Below are positions 9,711-20,000 of a stretch of DNA of 20,000 bases, in pieces (position 1 is the first letter of the stretch; each line of letters begins with the position of its first letter). The position numbers and the translations under genes are program-made. This stretch comes from Trypethelium eluteriae (Eukaryota): NCBI GenBank assembly GCA_051942245.1, contig JAVECL010000065.1, positions 44,128 to 64,127 on the forward strand, given 5' to 3'. The notes below the pieces were generated by a model. It was not told where the DNA came from, ran no database searches, and worked only from the letters and a program-made list of their open reading frames with translations.

Positions 9711-12700
9711 TCACGCGACCTCAGAAATGTTATGCCTTTTAATTCTGTTTCTCTCGTTTGGATCGTCACCAACTCTCCAGTAATAATCCGTAAAGTCGGG
9801 GCACTGCATCTCTTTTAGGAACTCCACATCGTGGGTAATCACAATAAGCTGGAAATTGCTCTGCTGACGCCGGACGCGAATGAGTTCAGCCAGACTCCCA
9901 GCTAACGCCCTGATGTTACTACGGTCCAAGTTCGTGGTCGGCTCATCAAGTGCGATCAGTCCGCAGTTCACACCAAAGCATTCTGCTAGCGCCAGACGAA
10001 TGATGATGGACGCGAGTACCTTTTGTCCGGCTGAGCAACGGCCCCGCATGTCCATCTCGGCATCTTGTTTGACCATGCAGACACGGTAATTGTAGCTCTT
10101 GTTACCCCTGCCACTCTCATTATCGCTGCGGATCAAGATAGTGTCGACATCGTCGCCCTGGTAGGTTCGACGCCAGAGCTCTTCAATGATTCGGTTGATT
10201 TCTTCCATTTTCAGGCTGTGATATTTCATGATGGCTTTATCGAGTGCAGAAGAATATCGACCAAGGTCTTCAACCGCGGCTTTGGTGGTTTCCACTTTGA
10301 TATGAGCTTCTTTGTACTTATACCCAGCGTCTTGGTAGTCCGTCTCCCAGTCTTGTAGAAGCTGCTTGAGTTGGTCATCTTTGGATTTGAGTTGACCAAC
10401 GATGGTCGCTTGCTCTGCTGCGAGACGGTTGCGCTCCATCTGCCATTCGCTGCCCTCACGCTCGTAACGCTTCTTGTCTGCAACTGCATTCGTGCTATCA
10501 AGCTCTTCAATCTGTGCACATAAGCTCTCGAGGGCCTGCTTGTCCTGACGGAAAGTGAGGTTGTCGTTGATCCCACGCTTCGTATCATCCGTATTGCGTA
10601 GTTGGTCGTCAAGACTCTTGACCTGAACGGTGATGTCTCGTTGCTCTTGTTCTTGGCGGGAAAGCTCTTCAGTGATGCTCTCCATTTCGCGGACTGCGCG
10701 AGATAATTGTTGTTGGCCACCTCGGCTGACGTATTGCTCGATCTCTGAGTTGGCGGTGCGCAATTGGTTGACGCTGTCAGAAAGGCGTGAAGCCTCTTGG
10801 CGAAGGACGCGTTCCCGCTCGTCACCCCGTTGACTGATGTCGTCGTACTTGGCCTGCGCCTGCTCAATCTGGGGAGCAAGCTGTTGGAGTTGCTCGTCCG
10901 CATTGCTTCGAGACTCGCGCTGCTGGCTGCTTAGCAATTTTAGCTCGTCAATTTGTCCACCCAGGCTGCTCTTCTCCTTGAGTTGATACACGGCATCGCT
11001 GATCTTTGCCCGAACGTCCCTCGCTTCAATCTCAAGACTGGTGATTTGCGAGCGACTTCGCTCTTTATCAGCACTCAATTTGGTTACAGATGATCTTGCA
11101 GTTCGCGCTTGCTCATTGACCTGAGTTATTTCATCTTTAATTTGCTCAAGCCCTCTGGACAAACCTGCCTCCTTCTGTTTTGAAGCAAGCTCTTTCATCT
11201 GAGATTCAAAATGAGTGATCTCGCCAAGGTATTTGGCAATATTCTGGACCGTACGAGACAGAGACTCTACATCACGCTTTGCTTCTTGCCGATCACTGAC
11301 GGTTTGATCCTGCTCCTCGACTTTGCGGACTAAGCCATTCCGGCGAGAGTCCAGTTGTTGCACCTCGGACTCTAATTCCGGGATATCCGACTCGCAGAGT
11401 CGCTTCCAGGTCTGGTAGTTTGGATAGGCGTTTCGAGCAGTTTTCAAGTCATTCTCCGTTCCTTCGAGCTCCTCCTTTATGCCTTCCAAAGCCGCGACTG
11501 TCATTTTCGCTTGGATATTCTTGCGAAATTTATCGACATCAGATGTCTTGGATGCGCCAGAGAATTTTCGCGAGCAAAGACGGCATTCGTTGTGTGTCTC
11601 TTGGTAATTCAGCGCCTTCTCGTAGAACTCTCGCATGTATGTATAGCCATCGGCATCTCTCTTTAAGACTTCACGATCACTCTCAACCTTGCTAACATAC
11701 TCCAAGTATTCGGAGGGTTCTTCTCCTGTGGCGTCTTGAATAACCTGCTCACTCGACTTCTTCTCTTCAACTTTTCTCTTCAGGCTATTACGAGCACCCG
11801 TCAATCTGAAGTCAACCTGTTCTAGCTCTTTGGACGTGCCGTCCCGCTGAGATTCGCTGTCTTTTAGATCATTAGATTTCTGCTGTACGACATTTTGAAA
11901 TTCTTGTTCAAGGCGAGATGGCTGCCAACTCGAACCCACAATATCTGCAATACGATTACCGTGAGCGGCTACCATGGTATCCAAGCTCTTCTGCCGGTCT
12001 TTGAGCTCCTTGCTTAGGTAATCCAGTCGAGCAGACTCGCTGGCCTGCTTTGTGCCTTGGATGAGTTCCGCATCGAGCCTTTCCTTGGCATCGTCGAAAG
12101 ATCGAAGTTTCGCGTCATTGCTGCCAATCTGCTCGTCCCACGCAGCCCCTGCAAAATCGTCTTTGGCTTTTCTCAGAAGTTTCTCTACGTCTTGGATGCT
12201 GGACTCTAGAACAACCTTACCGCCTTCATCGACTTCGATTTTATCTAGCTGAGATTGCAAGCCAGAGATCTTGCGATCGTTGGCTGCAATCTGGATTCTG
12301 GCGTTTTCTCTGCTCTGGTTCAGAGCAGACTTCTGTTCGTTATGTCGGCTAAGCGTGGCCTGGGCTTTCTGAAGTTCCTCTTGGGTTTCTCGCCGAGCGC
12401 GTTCGAGGGCCCCGTTTTGGTCGCGAGTCATTTTGTTGATACGCTCCATGAAGTCTTTGATCTGGCTGTCAGTAACATCGAGATCGAAACCTCGAATATT
12501 GTGACGATGAGCAGTTTCTTTGATCAGATTCTCTCGGTTTTCGACTTGGCGTTCAAATTGCTGCTTCCGTGCTTCGTGGGTCCCGATTTCCTTCTGCTTT
12601 TCGCCTTGGTGCTTCCGCTGAGTCTCGATCTCTTTTAGCAACTCGCTGTAATGTTGGGTCTTCGTTTGGCGATCGTCTTGCAGCGTCCGCACTCTCTCCT

Positions 12701-13743
12701 CGTATTGCTCAAGCATGTCTTGTAGTTCTTCATCCGTATGGTCAAGCTGCTTCAGGTTGCGCTGCAAACGATTCACGTTGTCGCGTTTAGCGCGCTCTTC
12801 GATGCGCTTGCCTTCAAGCTCCGCAACAGTCTTCTCAAATTGAGCAGCACGGGTCCATGCTCCCTCCGATTTGACTGTTGCCTCCTTGACACGATCGCCC
12901 AAATCGTGAGCTTGAGTGCGGAGCACTTGCATTTCCTGGTCTAATTCTTCCGAACGCTTCTCTGCCCGTTCGCCCTTGACTTTATCCTCTTTTGCTTGCT
13001 GTTCAATAATCTTATATTTTGCAAGTTCCTCATTGTAGTTCTTCCGTAGGACTTTGATATTATCGATTGCTAGGGTGTACTTTGACGCTTCGAAGATATC
13101 GTCGAAGCGTTGCTTGAGATGAATAGGCTCACTCATGGGCCACAGACTGTCGTCTTGGTGACAGAAGATCACTGAATCCAGTATGGCTCTAGAGGCGCCA
13201 ATGTATCGCGGCATGACGGCGTCAAGCTCCACAGCACGTGAAGAGATGACGGTTCGCTCCCCATCTCTGGACGTAAGCAGAGTGCCATCCAATTTTTTCT
13301 GGTTCCGTGCGGTCTTTTTCACGGTGAGCTGGAGACTTCGTGTCACTACCATTCGAGCTCCATTGGTCCCTCTAAAAGATAGCTTCACCTGAGCAAGCAC
13401 TTCTCTCTGGTGACAGAGGTCCGGGTCATGAATGAAGGCGCCACCGGTCTTGCTTTTGGCTGGCAAATCTCCTATGGTTGCATACTTGAGGCACTCAATG
13501 ATCGTAGTCTTACCAGCCCCATTATATCCTACAATGAGGGTGAGTGGACTGTAGAACTGGATAATTGATTCGACTTCGGGGTCGAACGAGCGGACTCCTC
13601 TGATTGATAGCTTATCTATCTTCGCTACGTAGCATCAGTCAGATGTCGCGTACTTTGAGTGAAAGTAGACGAGCAGAACTTACACCTATTCAATATCAGC
13701 CATCGAAGTCAGGTCACGTATTCATCTAAGGTAATACTTACAT
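9711..13743 (-). CDS. RAD50: DNA repair protein RAD50 (MRN complex SMC-like ATPase), ~1,305 aa. Proposed exons 13743-13742, 13685-13684, 13624-9711
   Basis: The reading frame extends upstream of the ORF-track start as KIDKLSIRGVRSFD..PLTLIVGYNGAGKTTIIECLKYA (Walker A). Other motifs: Q-loop VIFCHQDDSLWP, long coiled coils, zinc hook CRLC, signature MRGRCSAGQK, Walker B/D-loop LIALDEPTTNLD, H-loop IVITHD. The 5' micro-exon model is an inference (see findings). Confidence 0.97.
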
Positions 13744-14166
13744 CTTGGCAACCTTGTAACATTCAGTGGTATGACTGAGTTCGGGCAAAAAATCCTCAGA
13801 AGCTGCCAGACCAAAGGCGTGGAGGAAAGGGTATTTATGCTATCGTAGCGAAGGTGAAGCATGGTTAGGTAGGTAGTAGTGAGAGGAAGCCGTGGAAGCC
13901 TGGAGATTCGCGGTGATGTAAAACCTAGTCGTGCCACTCATCCACAGGTATCAACGTCGACGCGAATTCACGTGATATCCATTTAGGTCTGACCAATCAA
14001 GGTAAGAGTTGTAGGAGCCGGGTAGGCCAACATTGAAGAGCGATCACCACCACTCGCGATATCGATGCAGGCCTTACCATACCTTCTGATTCGCTCTTTG
14101 CCTTGCCCACCTCTCACGTTCGCTTGGTAGACTCACGCATGTGGTGTCACGCCACACCGGGCTTCG
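13744..14166. promoter_or_regulatory. Short (~420 bp) divergent intergenic region, probable bidirectional promoter for RAD50 and wc-2
   Basis: Head-to-head start codons at 13743 (-) and 14167 (+). Contains TTCGCG 13907-13912, ACGCGAA 13960-13966, CACGTG 13969-13974, CCAAT 13993-13997, CGATC 14041-14045 and the palindrome CGATATCG 14057-14064. Function of the motifs is unverified. Confidence 0.55.
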
Positions 14167-15852
14167 ATGTCCTCGTACCAAAATGGAGGAACGTTGCCAT
14201 CCGAGGTGCGTAGCAGTCGGATCGGACCAAGTGAATGACTGACGTCTCCCACAGATGGATAATGTGGACACCATGTCCGGCATGCTGGAGCAAGATCCCA
14301 ACATGCTCAATGGACTCAATATGGGCGACATGATGGCCATGGACCTTGACTTCTCTCTTCCACCGGGAGCTGACGCTACGTCCTTTCCTCCAGCTACATC
14401 ACAACAAACGCAACCCTCCATAGAGCCTAGTGAAGCAGCATATGGACTACAACAACAAGACAGTGGAGCCATGAATGCGGCAGGCGCAGGCCCGTTGCCT
14501 ACCGGATTTGGCATCCAGCCAAACCAATCAAGTGGGAGCACCTTAACAGAATTCACAAAACGGAGGAACTGGTCACAACGTGTACTCGAAGAGCTCAAAG
14601 ATTTCCTCCATATTCTTACACCAGACGGGCGCATTCTCTATGTCTCACCTTCCTGCAAATTCCTGACTGGCCATGATCCTTCACAAATTCAAGGCAAATT
14701 CATTGGTGAGTTCATACATCCAGATGATAGCGGTATTTTCGTGCGGGAATTCAACGAGTCAATCGCTTCTGGCAATCCTCTTCGCTTCTTCTATCGCTTT
14801 CGCAAAGCAGACGACACGTACACCATCTTTGAGTCCCACGGCCATCCACATCTCTCCTCCGAAGCCATCCAGTTCGGCCCCAGCCCTAACAGCGCTGGGT
14901 TCTGTCGCGGTTTCTTTCTCATGGCCCGTCCCTACCCAACCAAGAACGCCGCTCTCCTAGACTCCTTCCTCGAACACAAGATCGAAAATGAGCGCCTCAC
15001 AAAGCGCATCTCCGAACTCAAACGCGAGGAAGCCGAAGAGACAGAAGCACAAGAACGGTATTGGAAGCAGCGAACTGAAGGTCAACAATCTTCCATGACC
15101 CCCTCAGAAAGTCCTGTCGATGGAACACTCCGTTTAGGCAGTGTGGAGAATGGCCAGAACCCCGTCACGTTGGGTGATGGGACCAACCAATCTTCAGTCA
15201 CACCTTCGGCAAGCGCCTATGGAGGCATGCCTCCACCTGCAAAGCCCGGCGCTGCGTCCAATGCGCTGACGCGACAGAACCTGGACGAGGCGTTGGCTGC
15301 AAGTAAACCTGATAGCATCAATGACAAAATGGCTCGGTATGAAGGTGCAACGCACATCGAGACCATTGAGATGCTGACGGGACTGCGGTACCGGGACGGT
15401 GAACGGTCACAAGGTATTTCGACGGGTGATACATCGCCAGCACTGATCAAAGGCGATGCTGGCATTGTAATCTTGGCCGATAGGGACAAAGGTAATGGAA
15501 TAGGTGCAGGGGAGAAGAAAAAGAAGGTCAAGGTTACGGATGAGTATGTCTGTACTGACTGCGGGACACTCGACAGTCCGGAGTGGAGAAAAGGACCGGC
15601 AGGGCCGAAGACATTGTGCAATGCTTGTGGATGTGAGTCTTTCCCGAATTTGCTCTCTTCTTGCATCCAAACCTCTTTGCCTGGTTGAGCATCAATTGAG
15701 AATATCCATGCTGATTGACATATCCAGTACGATGGGCAAAGAAAGAAAAGAAACGCCAAGGCGTGCCGGCGGGACCCCAAGGAGGAACTCCCGGACACCA
15801 AGGCCTCCCTGCATCCCTTCCTGTAGGCCAGAGTACGGGAAGTAGCGGGTGA
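14167..15852 (+). CDS. wc-2: White collar-2 (LreB) PAS + GATA zinc-finger blue-light transcription factor, ~513 aa. Exons 14167-14205, 14255-15632, 15728-15852
   Basis: [12 protein letters not shown], a PAS domain ([27 protein letters not shown]), [26 protein letters not shown] and IEMLTGLRY are present. The GATA finger [27 protein letters not shown] is completed as LRWAKKEKK after intron 15633-15727 (GTGAGT..CAG); stop TGA at 15850-15852. An upstream phase-0 intron 14206-14254 (GTGCGT..CTGAC..CAG) adds [13 protein letters not shown], which is less certain. Confidence 0.95.
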
Positions 15853-16536
15853 TTACGATATAGGATGATTCAATCGACATCTCAAACGACGGTAAAGGCG
15901 TTTAGGAGTAACTATGGGCAAACAAGGAAGCTCGCTGGCTTCGAGATTTCTAGATATGTAAGATCTTTGGAGATACGGTGAGAATCTGTCTATTTGGAAA
16001 GACAACTAGCTACGAATGTCTTGGGCTGCATAGTCAAAGGGGGATTATGATTTCTCGAGAGGAACGCACTATACCTTTCGTGTTTGGATCATTGCTGCAA
16101 GCTCAGAGCCGTATCGGCCCTAAATACATGGTTTTGTTTATTTTATGAGCCATTTTCCAAACCCAACAAAAGAAGATAGCTTGCATAGCCAATTTTCTTG
16201 CCGCCATTCGCGTTCCTGTTGAGCATGTTTCTTCGGTAACAAGGAAGCAATCGAAATTTCAGCTTCCTTCATATTCGGGAGGTACTGCAGCGAGACTCGA
16301 AAGAGATTTTGCGCCGAAACCAATAGGGCTTGGTGAGATTGGAGCTAGTGGATAGTTCAAAATCTCACCGTAGATTGCCCCGTTCATGCAGGATACAAAC
16401 AGGATGACGGCACTTCTCAACTTACGTTCTCCTACTAAACTGCTAGAACTGGGACCCATTTGGTCAGTAAATCTCACTGCAGCGCGGTTATGAGTTTTCC
16501 CAGCTCTACAAAAGCCGGGAGCCTTCAATGAGAGTC

Positions 16537-18381
16537 TTAGTAGTCGAGGCGAACTTTCCTACCAGACAACAATTTGTCTTGTGATCGATGATCGACTTGA
16601 ATGCCCTGCTTAGCTGCCCAATCTACAGCATCTGAGCTCAAGTTCGTACACTGGTTGACTGCGAGATACTCAAGTGACTTCAGCCCCTGCACAAGCGTCT
16701 TTATTCCGACTCCTGTGATTAGCGTATGTGAGAGATCGAGACGGCGGAGAAGCGGAAATTTCCCTGTGAGCATATTAACATGGTGGGTCACTCATCATCG
16801 ATTGACCTTGTATCATACCAGTGACAAAAATTGTCAGATCATCATCGAAGTCTGAATGCGATAAGTTCAGCTCTCTCAACTCCTCCCCAAGCCGACTGCT
16901 ATTCAAAACTTTTGACAACTCTTTAGCAGTGTAACATGAGTTGTTCATTGTCAATTTTTGAAGCTGGCGGCCCCCAGCAATATTGCGAAGGAACGTGTGA
17001 ACATGGTCGGTGTCACTCCATTGCAATTCAGTCAGTAACGGGAGTGGAGGTGAGCCGTTCGTATTGGTGTTCAGACTAGGATTGACAGACCCCCCATTGT
17101 TGGCACGTAGAACTGTGAGCGAAGGAGGAAGGTCATCCAAAGTGACAGCCATGCGAAAGTCGAGGAGATCCAGCGATTTTAGCTTGTGCAAAGATGCGAA
17201 TGAAATGAACCCGAACGCCGTATGCATGCTCCACTTGTTGAGGGTCAGCGTTTCGATATTAGTGATGCGAGTCATCAAGGTGCTCATGTTCAAGACAGAT
17301 GCACCCAAAACTTGTGGTTGGCCGCCGACCATCTTTAGCTGCCTCAAATTGGGTAGTGGAATTTTCCAGTCTGCCTGCCACCCTCGCGAGACAACAAACT
17401 CGAATTCTGCCTTTGAAAGTGATGTGCAGCTGTTGAGGATGCCACATACGGTGTCGAGTGTGACTTCGGCGCCCTTGCCTATGACAAGGTTTTTGACAGT
17501 CAGAGCATTCAGCGACATGAGCGATGTCGAAGAGCCCCCTAAGCTAGCGCTGCTGAGAATTTCGAGTGTGTCCAGATTGCGACAAATCCTGCTAATCATC
17601 TCCATCGCTTTTAAATCCCGATCACCCAAACGATGGAGAGTAGCATGGGTTAGCCGCGTTTTTGACCTTTGTAAGGAGTGAGACACGAAACTGATGGGGA
17701 CATGTCGCTTCGCTCTTGAGAGGTCTAAATGAGTCCAGAGATATGGCCTCGACACTAAAAACGCGTTCCAGGGTCTGGAGACCCTCAGACAGCGGACAAT
17801 CTGCTCGAAACGTAGATGGTGGAGAATCATTTCGGCAACTTCCACGTGGAGGAGGGTAAAAGGATCGTGAGCTTTGGGGGGAGAAAGTTGACGAGAAAGC
17901 TTGCCATGGACAGAGGATAGTAATTTGTAGTCATCGGAGTTGCTGATGGATACCTTTCCCAGGCCGTAGCTGTAGATTTTAAGTGCCATTTCTGGATCGT
18001 CCATCTTCTGGAGGACTCTACCAGCCCGTAGGTAACCCTATGAAAGGAAAGATAACTTCAGGAACCGGCCTTAGAGGAGTGGGAAAATTTCCAATACTTA
18101 CTGTTATATCCTTTCTGTGGCGTCGAATCGTGGTTTGCGCATCGCGTAGCGCGCTCTGCAATTCACCAAGCCTTTCGTATGTTGCGGCTCGATTATCGAA
18201 TAGACTTGCCTTCGGCATAGGACATCTTGTAATGGCCTGAACATCATTAGAAAAGGCCAGATATTGAGCTTGGAGAATAAAGAACAACCTTTGTAAACGC
18301 GTCAAGAGCCTCTGCATATTGTGCGTCGCGGTAGAGCTTTTTGCCGCGCTGCTGTAGAGTATCTACATCTTGGCTAGCCAT
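16537..18381 (-). CDS. TPR + F-box + leucine-rich-repeat protein (Dia2/Pof3-like SCF substrate adaptor), ~557 aa. Exons 18381-18289, 18236-18102, 18037-16819, 16763-16537
   Basis: The spliced N-terminus gives TPR helices (QRGKKLYRDAQYAEALDAFTKAI..LFDNRAATYERLGELQSALRDAQTTI..GYLRAGRVLQKM). It is followed by an F-box (DPFTLLHVEVAEMILHHLRFEQIVRCLRVSRPW) and LRRs (LPNLRQLKM, LRELNLSHS, LRRLDLSHTLIT, LEYLAVNQC). Three 52-64 nt GT-AG introns keep the frame. The architecture matches S. cerevisiae Dia2 and S. pombe Pof3. Confidence 0.85.
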
Positions 18382-18575
18382 AGCGTTGCCGAAAAAGATG
18401 TCAATTAGCTAATTTCAGAAGCTCTGTTGGATATTGCCTTGTCTGAGATTGAAGTTGTTTTTACATTGCGCTGTTCCTATACGTTCGAGGCAACGCGCAG
18501 CGCGTGTAGTGTGCGAGACCCTGTCACACCTCAACAACCTACAGACCTGAAGCTCTGTCAACCTTTCCGCACGCC
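18382..18575. promoter_or_regulatory. Very short (194 bp) divergent intergenic region with an ACGCG inverted-repeat (MCB-like) element
   Basis: Head-to-head ATGs at 18381 (-) and 18576 (+). ACGCGCAGCGCGT at 18493-18505 is a perfect inverted repeat around one central base. Confidence 0.5.
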
Positions 18576-20000
18576 ATGACAAGCATCGACGAATTGTTCA
18601 AGAGCTCCGGAAGTTCCACCGCCTCCAAACGCAAATTTGACAGTTCAGGCGATCCACAGCAGCTCTACAAATCCTCAAGAGTAAAGCCTAATGGTGATAC
18701 TAATGGAGAGCTCCACGCAACCGTCGAGGAGGGAGACGATGAAGAATACGGTGTAGCTCGACCGCCAGAAGATGATGAGCCGGAACCAGAAGACGATGAG
18801 GAGGGAAGGTTCTTCGGCGGAGGCGTCAATAAAGAGTCGAAGGAAGCCTTAGACTACTTGGATGAGTACGATCAAGAGTCCTACGTTCCCGAGAAGATTG
18901 ACAAGGCATGGGTGCGAAAGCTGGGTCTGAACTTCGAGAAGAGAATATCTAAAAATGCAGAGCTGCGGTCGAAGTTCGAAGATGATCCTCAGAAATTCAT
19001 GGGTTCAGAAGCAGATCTGGATGCATCTGTGAAGGCTCTATCAATTCTGTCAGAACACCCCGAGCTATACGAGGAGTTTGCAAAATTAGGTTGCGTAAAT
19101 TCTCTGGTATCTTTGCTCTCCCACGAAAATACAGATATCGCAATCGACGCAATCGAAATAATTTCGGAGCTCACAGATGAAGACGTCCAAGCGGAGCAGA
19201 CACAATGGGATGCAGTGGTCAACGCTATGCTGGACGCAGACCTCCTCAGTCTACTCATTTCCAACTTCTCACGTTTCGATGAGGCCAACGAAGCCGACCG
19301 AAGCGGCGTCTACCACTCGCTCAGCGTCCTCGAAAACCTTGCTTCCAATTCCGCATTAGCAACCCAGATCGGCACCAAAACCTCCATCCTCCAACTCCTC
19401 CTCTCGCGGCTCTCCTCAACACCCTCCCCGACCATAACTCAAAACACCCAATATACCGCCGAGCTCCTCGCCATCCTCCTCCAAACATCCCCAGACAACC
19501 GCACCGCCTTCCTCACAAACCTGCAAGCCCCCACCAACGGCATCGACACCCTCCTCCAACTCCTCGCGCCCTACCGCCGCCAGGACCCACCAAAGGACTC
19601 CGACGAAGAAGAATACGTCTCGAACCTCTTCGACGCCCTAACCTGCCTCCTCGACTCCCCACTCGCAAAACCCCTCTTCCTCGACGCCGAGGGCATCGAG
19701 CTCCTGCTCATCATGCTGCGTGACGCGCCGCGGCCCACCCGCTCCCGCGCCCTGCGCCTGCTCGACCACGCGCTGGGGGGCGCGCCGGCCGCTGCGACGC
19801 CGGTGTGCGAGCGGCTGGTTGGGGCGGCGGGGCTGAAGACGGTGTTTGGGGTGTTTATGAAGCAGCAGCGGAAGGGGGGGCTGGATGCGAGCGGGCTGGA
19901 GCATCTGTTGGGAGTCTTCGCAAGTCTCTTGAGGTGTTTGCCGGGGGAGAGCGCGGCGCGGATACGGGTGTTGGCGAAGTTTGTGGAGCGGGAGTGGGAG
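18576..20000 (+). CDS. CTNNBL1: Beta-catenin-like protein 1 (CTNNBL1/DUF1716, Prp19-CDC5L spliceosome-associated ARM protein); partial, runs off the window
   Basis: The frame is open from GCC ATG at 18576 to the window end (475 codons): MTSIDELFK..KRKF..DDEEGRFFGGGV..FEKRISKNAELRSKFEDDPQKFMGSEADLD..LLSHENTDIAIDAIEIISELTDED..QNTQYTAELLAILLQ..EEEYVSNLFDALTCLL..FLDAEGIELLLIML. Missing from the ORF track because it has no stop. Confidence 0.92.
   Translation, partial: MTSIDELFKSSGSSTASKRKFDSSGDPQQLYKSSRVKPNGDTNGELHATVEEGDDEEYGVARPPEDDEPEPEDDEEGRFFGGGVNKESKEALDYLDEYDQESYVPEKIDKAWVRKLGLNFEKRISKNAELRSKFEDDPQKFMGSEADLDASVKALSILSEHPELYEEFAKLGCVNSLVSLLSHENTDIAIDAIEIISELTDEDVQAEQTQWDAVVNAMLDADLLSLLISNFSRFDEANEADRSGVYHSLSVLENLASNSALATQIGTKTSILQLLLSRLSSTPSPTITQNTQYTAELLAILLQTSPDNRTAFLTNLQAPTNGIDTLLQLLAPYRRQDPPKDSDEEEYVSNLFDALTCLLDSPLAKPLFLDAEGIELLLIMLRDAPRPTRSRALRLLDHALGGAPAAATPVCERLVGAAGLKTVFGVFMKQQRKGGLDASGLEHLLGVFASLLRCLPGESAARIRVLAKFVEREWE

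Noticed and set aside
9880..13392. Multiple short ORFs overlapping RAD50, including the 225 aa ORF at 10226-10903
   Set aside because: Shadow or alternative frames of a strongly conserved gene, with no independent coding signal.
13686..13703. ATG GCT GAT ATT GAA as an alternative RAD50 start
   Set aside because: It is followed directly by an in-frame TAG (the intron acceptor) with no usable donor before it, so it cannot join the main exon.
15633..15688. WC-2 C-terminus [18 protein letters not shown] from the ORF track, implying a truncated GATA finger
   Set aside because: This is read-through into an intron. Splicing 15633-15727 restores the canonical CNACGLRWAK.
1..20000. CRISPR arrays, tRNA/rRNA genes, transposase or reverse-transcriptase ORFs
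   Set aside because: No regularly spaced repeats, cloverleaf/rRNA signatures or transposon protein motifs were seen by eye; the sequence is fungal nuclear DNA.

Overview
Eukaryotic DNA from a filamentous ascomycete, judged from short GT-AG introns with CTRAC/CTGAT branch sites and a Pezizomycotina-type gene set. In order: the 3' end of a GCN5 bromodomain gene (+); an intronless, unrecognised ~1,036-1,064 aa ORF (-) with what look like degenerate SAP-like repeats, a catalytically altered OTU-like domain and an acidic tail; a ~1.8 kb intergenic stretch of diverged tandem duplicates of a decayed minus-strand coding unit, one copy interrupted by a small inverted-repeat (MITE-like) element; a secreted GH5 exo-beta-1,3-glucanase (-); RAD50 (-) head-to-head with white collar-2 (+); and a TPR/F-box/LRR Dia2/Pof3-like gene (-) head-to-head with a CTNNBL1 (beta-catenin-like 1) gene (+) that runs off the window. 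The most striking observation is that the RAD50 start codon appears to be assembled by splicing (AT | 2-nt micro-exon GT | CG). Intron retention gives ATG-TAA, and exon skipping deletes the start. All gene models were read by eye; no searches were run.
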